Below are positions 1 through 8,286 of a DNA stretch of 21,440 nucleotides, piece by piece. The notes under the pieces are model-generated. The model was not told the origin of the DNA, made no database searches, and was given only the letters and a program-made list of their open reading frames with translations. A program made the translations under genes and the position numbers. Numbering within the stretch: position 1 is the first letter of the stretch; each line of letters starts with the position of its first letter. Source of the stretch: Promethearchaeota archaeon (lineage in GTDB: Archaea > Asgardarchaeota > Lokiarchaeia > Sigyniarchaeales > SOKP01); contig JBHLME010000077.1 of the NCBI GenBank assembly GCA_048938445.1, forward strand, positions 1 through 21,440. Reading direction: 5' to 3'.

Positions 1-786
1 ACAGTTCCTTTCCATAAATATGTCTTGTCTGGTTTTTTTATCATCGGTGCTTCATTTATCTTACCAGGATTTCTCTTCATTCTATATTTTTATGGATTTT
101 TAGTTCCAAATGTATTTTCATTAAATTTTTCATTTGAGCTTATCCTAACGTATGAGATATTATTTTATATTCTACTAACACCAATAATTTTTATAGGAAT
201 CTATTTATTGCATTTATTTTTTGTAGCATTATTTACTCGATGGTTTTATAGATATGTTGATAAAAGAGGACCTAGCCAGGGAGTATTTGATAGGAATTTA
301 GATGTCACGACCACTGCTTTAGATTATTATCATTTTCGTTCTTTTCTCCTTAAATATCCCGTATTTGCGGTTATACGCTCGCCATTTCCATGGTTGATTA
401 ATTGGGAATTAAGATTTATTGGTTCCAACAAAATTGGAAAAGGTACTGTAATAGAAGAATGCTATCTTCACGGGCATATAGATTATGGTAAGAATTGCTA
501 CGTGGGTACATTTTCTCACATTTCAAATCATTTGGTTGATGGTGTTTATGGAAGTGAAAATTTAACATATTGGGGAGCAAAAACAGGAGATAATACTGTT
601 TATAATGCTTTAATTGGAGGCATGCCCGGTTTAGAAGTTGGTAAAAATACTACCTTATTACCGTTATGCACGACAATCAAGTTTGATAAATTAGGTGACA
701 ATGGAATTTATGCTGGATTTCCAGCAAAGAATCTTAAAGAAGAAGAAATAAAGAAAATAACAGGAGGAGTATACCATGAAGAATGA
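1..786 (+). CDS. Membrane-anchored left-handed beta-helix (hexapeptide-repeat) acyltransferase-like protein, probably 5'-truncated by the window edge
   Basis: Frame +1 is open from base 1 (TVPFHKYVLSGFF...), so the true start is probably upstream. Hydrophobic N-terminal helices are followed by hexapeptide repeats (KIGKGTVI, DYGKNCYV, KTGDNTVY, EVGKNTTL) and a terminal YAGFPAK motif typical of LbetaH proteins. Confidence 0.7.
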   Translation, partial: TVPFHKYVLSGFFIIGASFILPGFLFILYFYGFLVPNVFSLNFSFELILTYEILFYILLTPIIFIGIYLLHLFFVALFTRWFYRYVDKRGPSQGVFDRNLDVTTTALDYYHFRSFLLKYPVFAVIRSPFPWLINWELRFIGSNKIGKGTVIEECYLHGHIDYGKNCYVGTFSHISNHLVDGVYGSENLTYWGAKTGDNTVYNALIGGMPGLEVGKNTTLLPLCTTIKFDKLGDNGIYAGFPAKNLKEEEIKKITGGVYHEE

Positions 787-1732
787 GGAGAATGGAGATG
801 AAAAAATAAATTTAGAATCTATTGATCTAAGCAAAATTCCAATTACAACAAATGCATTCAGATGGTCCCTTTCAGCTAGTTTTTTATTTATAATCTTAAA
901 TATAATGTCGCTCATCATGCCTACTATCATGATCTTAACATTCTTTTCAACAGCAATGAAATCTTCTTTCCTTAACTGGAGAATTTTATTGATTATAATT
1001 GATATTTTTGTATGGTGGGGTCTATATCTAATAGTTACTTTAGCACTGGGAAAATCCTTTCTCATCCTTTTAGAGTTAATCCATAAACCCAAAGAAGGAT
1101 TATTCGAAATTGATAAGAAAGATCGAGACTATCGTTATTATTGTCTTAGAATTGCCATAAAAAAATATATTTTTTGGGTATGGAATAATTTCTCATTTCC
1201 TTGGGCAAGTAATTTCGCATTTAAAATATGTAGCATGAGAACAATGAGTGCTGATTTTAAATCGACGATGTTTGATGGATGGTCAGATACAGAATTTATT
1301 AAATATGGAAAAAATATAATGATTGGTCAAGGTGCTGTAGTTCTTTCAAGTATCATTCTTAGGATTAAAAATAAAGATTATTTATTAATAAAAGAAGTAA
1401 TTATTGGAGATCATGTGGTCCTAGGAGGAAATGCGATAATTGCTCCTGGTACAATTATTGGTCATAGTACAACAGTTGGAGTATGGGCAACTACAAGTAT
1501 TGGACAAATACTTGAGCCCAACTGGATTTATTATGGAAAACCCGCACAAAAATACAAGAGACCACAATGGTACATAAATTTACAGATCCTTGAGGAAGCA
1601 AGAAGACAAGCACAAAAAATCATCGATGAAAGTAAAAAACCAACTCTTCGAAGGATCGTGGAAACTAACGATAGAATACCTTTCGATGTTTATAAATATA
1701 ATAAAGCTAACTTAAGTGAAAAAGAGAAATAG
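776..1732 (+). CDS. Second membrane-anchored LbetaH (hexapeptide-repeat) acyltransferase-like protein
   Basis: Two N-terminal TM segments, hexapeptide repeats (KYGKNIMIGQGAVV, IIGDHVVLGGNAIIAPGTIIGHSTTVG) and a YYGKPAQ motif. Overlaps the upstream paralog by 11 nt. Confidence 0.75.
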   Translation: MKNEENGDEKINLESIDLSKIPITTNAFRWSLSASFLFIILNIMSLIMPTIMILTFFSTAMKSSFLNWRILLIIIDIFVWWGLYLIVTLALGKSFLILLELIHKPKEGLFEIDKKDRDYRYYCLRIAIKKYIFWVWNNFSFPWASNFAFKICSMRTMSADFKSTMFDGWSDTEFIKYGKNIMIGQGAVVLSSIILRIKNKDYLLIKEVIIGDHVVLGGNAIIAPGTIIGHSTTVGVWATTSIGQILEPNWIYYGKPAQKYKRPQWYINLQILEEARRQAQKIIDESKKPTLRRIVETNDRIPFDVYKYNKANLSEKEK

Positions 1733-1738
1733 AATACA

Positions 1739-1747
1739 TCTTTTTTT
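1739..1747 (+). terminator. Possible archaeal oligo-T terminator
   Basis: T7 run (1741-1747) a few nt after the stop at 1732. Weak evidence in such AT-rich DNA. Confidence 0.3.
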
Positions 1748-1919
1748 AAAATATTCATAAATTTTTAAAAATTATTGGAATTGTAAGATAAAGTTGCAAT
1801 TTATAGATGTTAAGATTAATATTATATAAATTTATTATGAAATTGATTGTTCAAATTATCCAAAAATGATAAATTGAAAAATTACAGGACTACTGAAAAA
1901 TAAAAGTTCAATAGATTTA

Positions 1920-3218
1920 GTGAAATCTTATAATATTAAATTATTAGAGAAATTAAATATGAATAATGATCAAAGAGAATCTGAAAAAGGGTATATCTCA
2001 AAAATAATTAAGTTGATAAATAATAATATTATAGGTGAGACTTCTGCCAGAGCAATCTCTTTACTCATGGGTTTGAATCGTAATTATCTCTCTGATAAAC
2101 AACTAAAAGAAGGTAAATATGAGCAATATACTAAATTTTTTACTTTAGCTACTAATTTTCTCTTACTTAGTCCTAATAGTTTAAATTTCAAATCTAATTC
2201 ACATTATAAGAAGTTCATAGATGGATCTATAGAAATCATCTTTCAAGAAATGGTCAGAAAAGGGATATATTCTAAAAATGAAATTTTAGATATTCAAATG
2301 ACTCAATTTATAGCTTTAATTTATACTCTTTATGCTATCACTAAAGCTATGATAAATAAGTATTCTAAAATTAGACTTGATGAATTGAAAACAGGGAAAA
2401 CAAAAAAATTCTTATATACGTTAAATAAGCTTAGTTTGGAGATCGGAGGTGTTGAAACACTTTCTCAAACTCTTAAATATGAAATGGTTATCACACCTGA
2501 AAAAATTGCCCTAATCAAATCTATCCTAGATAATAATAAATCTTATGCATTTGAAGAATGCACGTATGCTATAGATTTAATCGGAGAGATCCCAAGATTA
2601 AGATATAGTAATCGAGCTGTATATATAGGTTCAATATCTCATCCAGTATTAGAAAATTATTTTAGAGAAATGTGGTTAAATAAGAATATTTTCTCTAAAC
2701 ATGAAGTTGAATTTAATAAACCTATTAGTAATCATAGAATAGATAGCATTTTAGATATTAAAACTAACTTAGATTTAAAAAAACTATTAGAAATATCCTT
2801 AAATATTAATCTAGGAGACTATAATAAAATTTTTATTGATTATACTTTACCATCATTAATCTCTCTAAAACAATCGGGGGGTGTTCTTGACAAACTAAGT
2901 CCAGATAAGTATTATCTTGAAAATAATCGCTTATTATTCATTGTTTTCTATGGATATTATAATAATAAAATTTTTGATACCCTTAATGATCTCCTTAATT
3001 ATTTAAATATTCCTCATAAAAGCAATGTTCGATTTATTGATCTCATTGATTTTGCTAAATTGTTTGGTTTTAATACGGAAGATATTCAGATGCTAGAATA
3101 CATCAACCAAATAATTCAAAATGCTTTTTTAGGGGATGAAGAATCATTAAAACATCTAGAAAAGCTTTCTAATTCTGCATTATATAAGTTAAGAAAATTA
3201 GATAAAAGAAAAAAATGA
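1920..3218 (+). CDS. Hypothetical protein with possible HTH-like N-terminal segments and a C-terminal PD-(D/E)xK-like nuclease fold
   Basis: 432-aa ORF; the start may be the ATG at 1959. C-terminal pattern GSISHPVLE...HEVE...RIDSIL...IFIDYT...K. HTH-like segments SARAISLLMGLNRNYLS and TLNKLSLEIGGVETLS. Confidence 0.5.
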   Translation: MKSYNIKLLEKLNMNNDQRESEKGYISKIIKLINNNIIGETSARAISLLMGLNRNYLSDKQLKEGKYEQYTKFFTLATNFLLLSPNSLNFKSNSHYKKFIDGSIEIIFQEMVRKGIYSKNEILDIQMTQFIALIYTLYAITKAMINKYSKIRLDELKTGKTKKFLYTLNKLSLEIGGVETLSQTLKYEMVITPEKIALIKSILDNNKSYAFEECTYAIDLIGEIPRLRYSNRAVYIGSISHPVLENYFREMWLNKNIFSKHEVEFNKPISNHRIDSILDIKTNLDLKKLLEISLNINLGDYNKIFIDYTLPSLISLKQSGGVLDKLSPDKYYLENNRLLFIVFYGYYNNKIFDTLNDLLNYLNIPHKSNVRFIDLIDFAKLFGFNTEDIQMLEYINQIIQNAFLGDEESLKHLEKLSNSALYKLRKLDKRKK

Positions 3219-3443
3219 TAATTGTTAATTAAATTTTATTTTTATTAAAGTAAGTTATATATTGAGTGGTATTTCTTCCGATTTTTTATAAATTTTCAAC
3301 CATTAAAATTAAAATAGATTAAATTAGATTTGAAATATTCTAAGCATTTATTAGAGCTAAATATTTAAGTGATAAAGTATTCTTGACGTGATAAGGAAAA
3401 ATATAATATTAATATATTATAAATTTAGCCAGCGCCAGCGTAT

Positions 3444-3473
3444 AAAATTTATTATAATAATAAGTTTGCGCAA
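3444..3473 (+). other. tRNA intron 1 (30 nt) at position 10/11, relaxed bulge-helix-bulge (BHB)
   Basis: Central helix GCGT (3438-3441)/GCGC (3468-3471), bulges AT|A and AA|C, and a ~10-bp intron hairpin 3445-3454/3458-3467. Splicing here restores the T10-A25 D-stem pair. Confidence 0.8.
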
Positions 3474-3522
3474 CCGAGTAGTTAAGGAGGCGGCCTGCAG
3501 AGCCGTTATTCATGGGTGCAAA

Positions 3523-3554
3523 ATATAATTGGAATTTTGACAATTAGATGCAAA
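3523..3554 (+). other. tRNA intron 2 (32 nt) at position 59/60, BHB motif
   Basis: Outer helix ATGGG/CCCAT, central helix TGCA/TGCA, bulges AA|A and AA|T, inner helix TAATTG/CAATTA. Removal yields a 7-nt T loop. Confidence 0.88.
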
Positions 3555-3605
3555 TCCCATCGCTGGCTTCTTTATATTTACTAATTCATTCAAATACTAA
3601 CCATA

Positions 3606-5042
3606 GTGTTGCCATTGCTGAAAATATACAATAGTCTCACGTTCAAAAAGGAACCTTTCAAACCAATTACACCAAATGAGGTGTTAATGTATGTTTGCGG
3701 ACCGACTGTGTATGATAGTCCGCATCTAGGGCACGCAAAATCAGCAGTCACTTTTGACATAATTCGACGATACCTAAAATTCAAGGGCTTCAATGTTAAA
3801 ATGATAAAAAATTATACAGATATTGATGATAAAATAATTAATAGAGCAAATGAAAAAGGTATTGATTTCAAGGAGTTAGGAGAGAAATACATCAAAGAAT
3901 ATGAATCTATCATGGAATTGTTAAATATTGAAAAAGATGATAAAAATCCTCGAGCAACAGAAACGATAGATTTCATAATTACTTTAATTCTAGAATTAAT
4001 TAAAAAGAGTAATGCCTATGAAGAAAATGGTTCTGTTTATTTTTCAGTGAAATCATTTCCAGGATATAAAAAATTACTTCAAAATATTAAGGAAGAGGCA
4101 GAAGAGGAAGAATTAGATGATGAAAATAATGAATTAACTCAAGATAAGCATGATCGAAGGGATTTTGCACTTTGGAAAAAAGCAAAAGAAGGAGAGCCTT
4201 ATTGGGAGAGTCCTTGGGGAAATGGGCGACCTGGTTGGCATATTGAATGTTCTGCGATGGTTATTAATTATCTCGGAGAAACCATCGATATTCATGGAGG
4301 AGGACAAGACTTGAAATTCCCCCATCATAGGAATGAAATTTCTCAATCTGAAGCGTATACTGGCAAGAAATTTGCCAATTTTTTCATTCATAATGGATTC
4401 GTGAATGTTGATAATGAAAAAATGTCAAAGAGCCTTGGAAACTTTTTTCTAGTATCTGATGTAGCCAAAAAATATGATCCGATGGTTATAAGGTTCTTCC
4501 TATTATCTAGTCATTATAGAAAATCAATCAATTACTCATTGGATACAATGAATCAAGCTCAAAAAAACTATGAAAAAGTAATTAATACAATCCAGAGTAT
4601 TAAAGATCAAAAAGTAGAAGATGTAAAATTGGATGCGATTAAAGATTTAATTAATAGGATAGATGAGGCTCAGGAAAACATTATCCACGCAATGGATGAT
4701 GATTTTAATATGCCTGTTTCCATTGCTGAAATCATGACCTTATTAAAGGATTTAAATCGTGCCATTTTTGAAGAAAAAAGGTCAATTAATGAAACATTTA
4801 AGTCCAAGTTTTTTAATTTTATTGATAATATTGACCTTATATTTGGTTTATTCCCAAAAGCAGGAACTCTGAATAATAAAGAGTTTGGAAAGACTATTGA
4901 TGAGAAAGATAATGTAATCAATTCTTTACTAGATATTTTAAAAAATATCAGATCTAAACTGAGAGAAAGAAAAATTTATGACATAAGTGATGAGATTAGA
5001 GATAATTTAAGAGATTTAGGATTTAAAATAGATGATAAATGA
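3606..5042 (+). CDS. cysS: Cysteine--tRNA ligase (class I CysRS)
   Basis: YVCGPTVY, HLGH (HIGH motif), NYTDIDDKII, DFALWK, GRPGWHIECSAM, DIHGGGQDLKFPHH, KMSKSLGN and DDFN motifs. GTG start; a nearby TTG is also possible. Confidence 0.97.
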   Translation: MLPLLKIYNSLTFKKEPFKPITPNEVLMYVCGPTVYDSPHLGHAKSAVTFDIIRRYLKFKGFNVKMIKNYTDIDDKIINRANEKGIDFKELGEKYIKEYESIMELLNIEKDDKNPRATETIDFIITLILELIKKSNAYEENGSVYFSVKSFPGYKKLLQNIKEEAEEEELDDENNELTQDKHDRRDFALWKKAKEGEPYWESPWGNGRPGWHIECSAMVINYLGETIDIHGGGQDLKFPHHRNEISQSEAYTGKKFANFFIHNGFVNVDNEKMSKSLGNFFLVSDVAKKYDPMVIRFFLLSSHYRKSINYSLDTMNQAQKNYEKVINTIQSIKDQKVEDVKLDAIKDLINRIDEAQENIIHAMDDDFNMPVSIAEIMTLLKDLNRAIFEEKRSINETFKSKFFNFIDNIDLIFGLFPKAGTLNNKEFGKTIDEKDNVINSLLDILKNIRSKLRERKIYDISDEIRDNLRDLGFKIDDK

Positions 5043-5110
5043 GTAAATCAAGAAATTTAAATGTTCACGAGAATAAAAAAAAAAAATCATTTTTGTAAAA
5101 TTAAAGATTA

Positions 5111-5130
5111 GAAAACGATAGATTTAAATA
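5111..5130 (+). promoter_or_regulatory. Putative BRE/TATA promoter of the first radical SAM gene
   Basis: Purine-rich GAAAACGATAGA followed by TTTAAATA (5123-5130), ~130 nt upstream of the ATG at 5263. Confidence 0.4.
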
Positions 5131-5145
5131 TAAAGACTTGTTTAT

Positions 5146-5180
5146 TCTACATAGTAAGTTGATTGTTGAATCTACATAGA
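5146..5180. repeat. 9-bp direct repeat TCTACATAG (5146-5154, 5171-5179), possible operator
   Basis: Two exact copies with starts 25 bp apart. The second extends to the dyad TCTA-CA-TAGA. Both lie just downstream of the putative TATA box. Confidence 0.45.
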
Positions 5181-5262
5181 TAGGTTCTTTGAAATCCTCA
5201 CGAGGACTGGAGGAATATTAAGCAAATTTAATTAGGATAATTCAAATAAGGTAAAAAAAAAA

Positions 5263-6846
5263 ATGAAGATATTATACGTGAATCCTTCGCGACTGGAATC
5301 TGGACTTGATGCAATAATCAAAGCACAACCATTAAGTCTAATGTCTATAGCTGCGATGGTTCCAGACCATGATGCAAAATTAGTTGATTTCAAGATTAAA
5401 AACTATTCTGAGAAAAATTTTAATCGAATATTAAATAAATATGATGTCGTTGCCATTTCAAGCTTGACACCACAAATTCAGAGCGCTTTTGAGGTTGCAG
5501 AAATGGCTAAGAAAGCTGGGTCAACTACAATCCTCGGAGGATATCATCCAACTTTAGCACCAGAGTATGTTGCATCACATCCTGCCGTGGATTTTACAGT
5601 TCGCGGAGAAGGAGAACATACATTTAAAGAGATCATTGATTATATTGATCAAGATACTATTAAACTTGAAACCCTAAAGAAGATTAAGGGTATTTCATAT
5701 AAGAGAAAGGATGGGAATATCATTCACAACGCAGATAGACCTTTAGAATGCAATCTTGATAATTTCCCCATTCCTCGACGAGATTTAATTAATTATAAAG
5801 AATATCTATACTTAGGTAAACGCATAGTCCCCCTTGAATCTTCTCGAGGCTGCCCCCATTCCTGTAAATTCTGTTGTATAACAAAGATGTGGAAAGATCC
5901 ATCTCAAAATATCGTATATCGAACTAAAAGTGTCAATAAAGTAATGGAAGAAATCTACAATATTAATTTGAACAATGATTTTATCTTCTTTTGTGAAGAT
6001 AATTTTACTATCCAATTAAAACGTACCAAGAATATTTTAGAAACAATTATAAAATCAGGAATACCGAATAAAATCTATTTAAGTTGCCAATCTCGAATTG
6101 ACACCTTATATCGAAATCCATGGTTAATAGATCTCATGCACCAAGCAGGGATGAAACAGATTTTTCTGGGTATCGAATCCGTACATCAGCAGAGTCTTGA
6201 TGCAATGAATAAAAGAAATACAACTCCAGAAATGACACGAAAAGTTGTAAACATGTTGCATGATAGAGGCATGACAATATTTGGAGGAGTAATAATCGGA
6301 TATCCTGGTGAAAATAAAACAATGGTACGTCAGACCATTAACTTCGCTAAATCATTAGAATTAACCATAGTTCAATTCACGCCTATCACGGCTTTTCCTG
6401 GAACACCATTTTATGATGAGATGAAGATGGAAGGTAAGATTACAAGTTTTAATCCTAAGCATTACAATTTATTTAATACAATGATGGGAACAGATGATTT
6501 AACAAATAAAGAAATCTATCGATTAGTCGTTGAAGCTTATGGTGCTTTTTACTTGTACAATTTCGATTGGCTTAAAATGGTCATGAAACGTTTCTTAAAC
6601 CCATTTAGTAATTTCTTTTGGATGTCGCATAAAGCCACACGATTAGCCAGACAGGTTGTAAGAGGAGGCCTTCGGATGCTTCGCTCCCAAGGAATTACTG
6701 GTACAAATCTCTCTGAAGAATTAAAGCAAATCATTGCTAATGAAAAATTTGATTCATTCAACAAGGAAATTGAAGATCAAATAAAAAATGAACCTATTCC
6801 AATGCCTCAAAATGTAAAACCTGTTCCGGTTTTAGAGAATAAGTAA
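5263..6846 (+). CDS. Cobalamin-binding (class B) radical SAM enzyme, paralog 1
   Basis: B12-binding domain (DVVAISS, ILGGYHPT, RGEGE), SRGCPHSCKFC (CxxxCxxC), EDNF, LGIES, IIGYPGE and TAFPGTPFY. Confidence 0.9.
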   Translation: MKILYVNPSRLESGLDAIIKAQPLSLMSIAAMVPDHDAKLVDFKIKNYSEKNFNRILNKYDVVAISSLTPQIQSAFEVAEMAKKAGSTTILGGYHPTLAPEYVASHPAVDFTVRGEGEHTFKEIIDYIDQDTIKLETLKKIKGISYKRKDGNIIHNADRPLECNLDNFPIPRRDLINYKEYLYLGKRIVPLESSRGCPHSCKFCCITKMWKDPSQNIVYRTKSVNKVMEEIYNINLNNDFIFFCEDNFTIQLKRTKNILETIIKSGIPNKIYLSCQSRIDTLYRNPWLIDLMHQAGMKQIFLGIESVHQQSLDAMNKRNTTPEMTRKVVNMLHDRGMTIFGGVIIGYPGENKTMVRQTINFAKSLELTIVQFTPITAFPGTPFYDEMKMEGKITSFNPKHYNLFNTMMGTDDLTNKEIYRLVVEAYGAFYLYNFDWLKMVMKRFLNPFSNFFWMSHKATRLARQVVRGGLRMLRSQGITGTNLSEELKQIIANEKFDSFNKEIEDQIKNEPIPMPQNVKPVPVLENK

Positions 6847-6920
6847 TAAATAGTTCAATATTATATCATAACAAAAAATACAAAAAAAAATAAAATTAAA
6901 TATATCGATGTGTTAAAATA

Positions 6921-7448
6921 ATGAGTGAAGATAAAGGTTTTAGTGAAGAATCATTAAGAAAAATTGCCGCTCAGAAAATATCGTTCAGATATTCCGTGAG
7001 AATTCATCTTGCTGTATATATATTAGTGAATATCTTATTATTTGCTATCAATTTCATTACAGCTCCATCCATGATTACTTTTTATACTTCATGGTTTGTT
7101 TATCCATTACTTGGATGGTTTGTAGGTTTATCAATCCATGCTGTTTCATACATCATGTTTGCTAGAGGAGTCTATCCCATAGCTAAAAGAGGGGTCATAT
7201 ATCATTTTACTGCTTATTTAACAGGCATGATCTTATTGGTTGTGACTAACCTACAAACATTGCCTATTTATTTATGGGTGCTCTGGCCAGGTATTTTCTG
7301 GAGTGCTGCTATCATTGTTCATGTAGTGATATATTTATTATACTTCAAAGCAAAAATCATGGAAACTGGAGATGTAAAATCTCGAAAAGAACAAGCTATA
7401 GAAAAAGAAATGGAAAAAATGAGAAAAAAGATGAATAGAGAAATATAA
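6921..7448 (+). CDS. Tandem 2TM-domain membrane protein
   Basis: Two repeats of the 2TM pattern (IHLAVYILVN..LFAIN...WFVYPLLGW..GL.IH; YHFTAY...N...WVLWP..FW...IIVH) and a C-terminal EQAIEKEMEK helix. Confidence 0.75.
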   Translation: MSEDKGFSEESLRKIAAQKISFRYSVRIHLAVYILVNILLFAINFITAPSMITFYTSWFVYPLLGWFVGLSIHAVSYIMFARGVYPIAKRGVIYHFTAYLTGMILLVVTNLQTLPIYLWVLWPGIFWSAAIIVHVVIYLLYFKAKIMETGDVKSRKEQAIEKEMEKMRKKMNREI

Positions 7449-7486
7449 TATGGGAGATTTATTAAAAAACGGAGGTTAATATTGAA

Positions 7487-8113
7487 ATGTGGTTGAGCAA
7501 ATTTTTAGATCTTAAAGAAGATTTAGAAACCTTGCCCCCAGAAATAAGAAATAAAATTTTACATACCATCAAAAAGAAGAAACTCACACCTCTTGAATTT
7601 ACCATCCTTGAATACATTATAAAATATCCTAATGGAATATCTGGATATGATTTAATAGATGCATTGAATGAACATTTTGCTGGAACTTGGGAAGCTCAAT
7701 CAGGTACTATTTATCCTTTATTATCAAAATTAAAGCATGATGGATTTCTAATGGCAAAAAATGTCAAGAGTCCAATCGGTCCCATAAAAAAAGTTTATTC
7801 CTTGACTGAAGTAGGGAAAACCATTATAGAAACTAAAATTAACGTAAAATTTGTTGAACAAATAAAATTCACTGAAAATTTTATTAAAGAATTATTGAGC
7901 GTATATATTGATACAATTCAAGAGGAAGAAAAAGAGGACAGAATCAGTGAAATATATAAATTGATAGAGGAGATGTTCAATAGAATTTTTGAAAGATTAA
8001 TCCAGGGAAATGGTTTTAAAAAAGTCTGTCCAAAATGTAATACAGAAATTCATAGAAGAGGATCAGTTTATTGTTTTTATTGTGGAGCTGATTTGCGAAA
8101 TAATAATGAATAA
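7487..8113 (+). CDS. PadR-family transcriptional regulator with C-terminal zinc ribbon
   Basis: SGYDLI...SGTIYPLLSKLKHDGFL...KKVYSLTEVG winged helix, then CPKC-x10-CFYCG at the C-terminus. Confidence 0.88.
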   Translation: MWLSKFLDLKEDLETLPPEIRNKILHTIKKKKLTPLEFTILEYIIKYPNGISGYDLIDALNEHFAGTWEAQSGTIYPLLSKLKHDGFLMAKNVKSPIGPIKKVYSLTEVGKTIIETKINVKFVEQIKFTENFIKELLSVYIDTIQEEEKEDRISEIYKLIEEMFNRIFERLIQGNGFKKVCPKCNTEIHRRGSVYCFYCGADLRNNNE

Positions 8114-8286
8114 TTTTATAATATCATTTTTTAATTTTTAAATAATAAATGTGAAGAAAATGCAAGAATACAATAACGATCAAACATTTTTTTTTTTAAT
8201 TAAAAGAATGTTTATAAGTTTTACTTTATTTTTAATAAAAAACTGTCAACTTATATTAAAAAAAAATTAAATACCTTTCCTTTATC

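Larger units (their letters stand above)
3434..3568 (+). tRNA. tRNA-Cys(GCA) with two introns; exons 3434-3443, 3474-3522, 3555-3568 (73 nt mature, CCA not encoded)
   Basis: The spliced sequence folds into a cloverleaf: acceptor GCCAGCG/CGCTGGC, D arm TCCG-AGTAGTTA-AGGA, anticodon arm GCGGC-CTGCAGA-GCCGT (GCA at 3497-3499, G37), variable TATTC, T arm ATGGG-TGCAAAT-CCCAT. Discriminator is U73, a Cys identity element. cysS is adjacent. Confidence 0.93.

Noticed and set aside
691-1092. Minus-strand ORFs inside plus-strand genes (also 3590-3793, 4134-4391, 4670-4921, 5812-6764, 8512-9125, 12405-13130, 14231-14488)
   Set aside because: They lie essentially within well-supported genes on the opposite strand and have no recognisable motifs.
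3428-3434. Mature tRNA starting at 3428, or an att site of an integrated element
   Set aside because: BHB geometry gives canonical T8-A9-T10 only with a start at 3434. No integrase or second tRNA fragment was seen in the window.
5184-5216. Hairpin as a SECIS element, cobalamin riboswitch or hammerhead ribozyme
   Set aside because: No neighbouring gene has a plausible in-frame Sec TGA; read-through of the cysS TGA adds only five more codons. B12-box and CUGAUGA core motifs are absent.
8186-8270. Long T and A homopolymer runs as functional elements
   Set aside because: Expected in AT-rich intergenic DNA. The T run could be a terminator, but this cannot be supported specifically.
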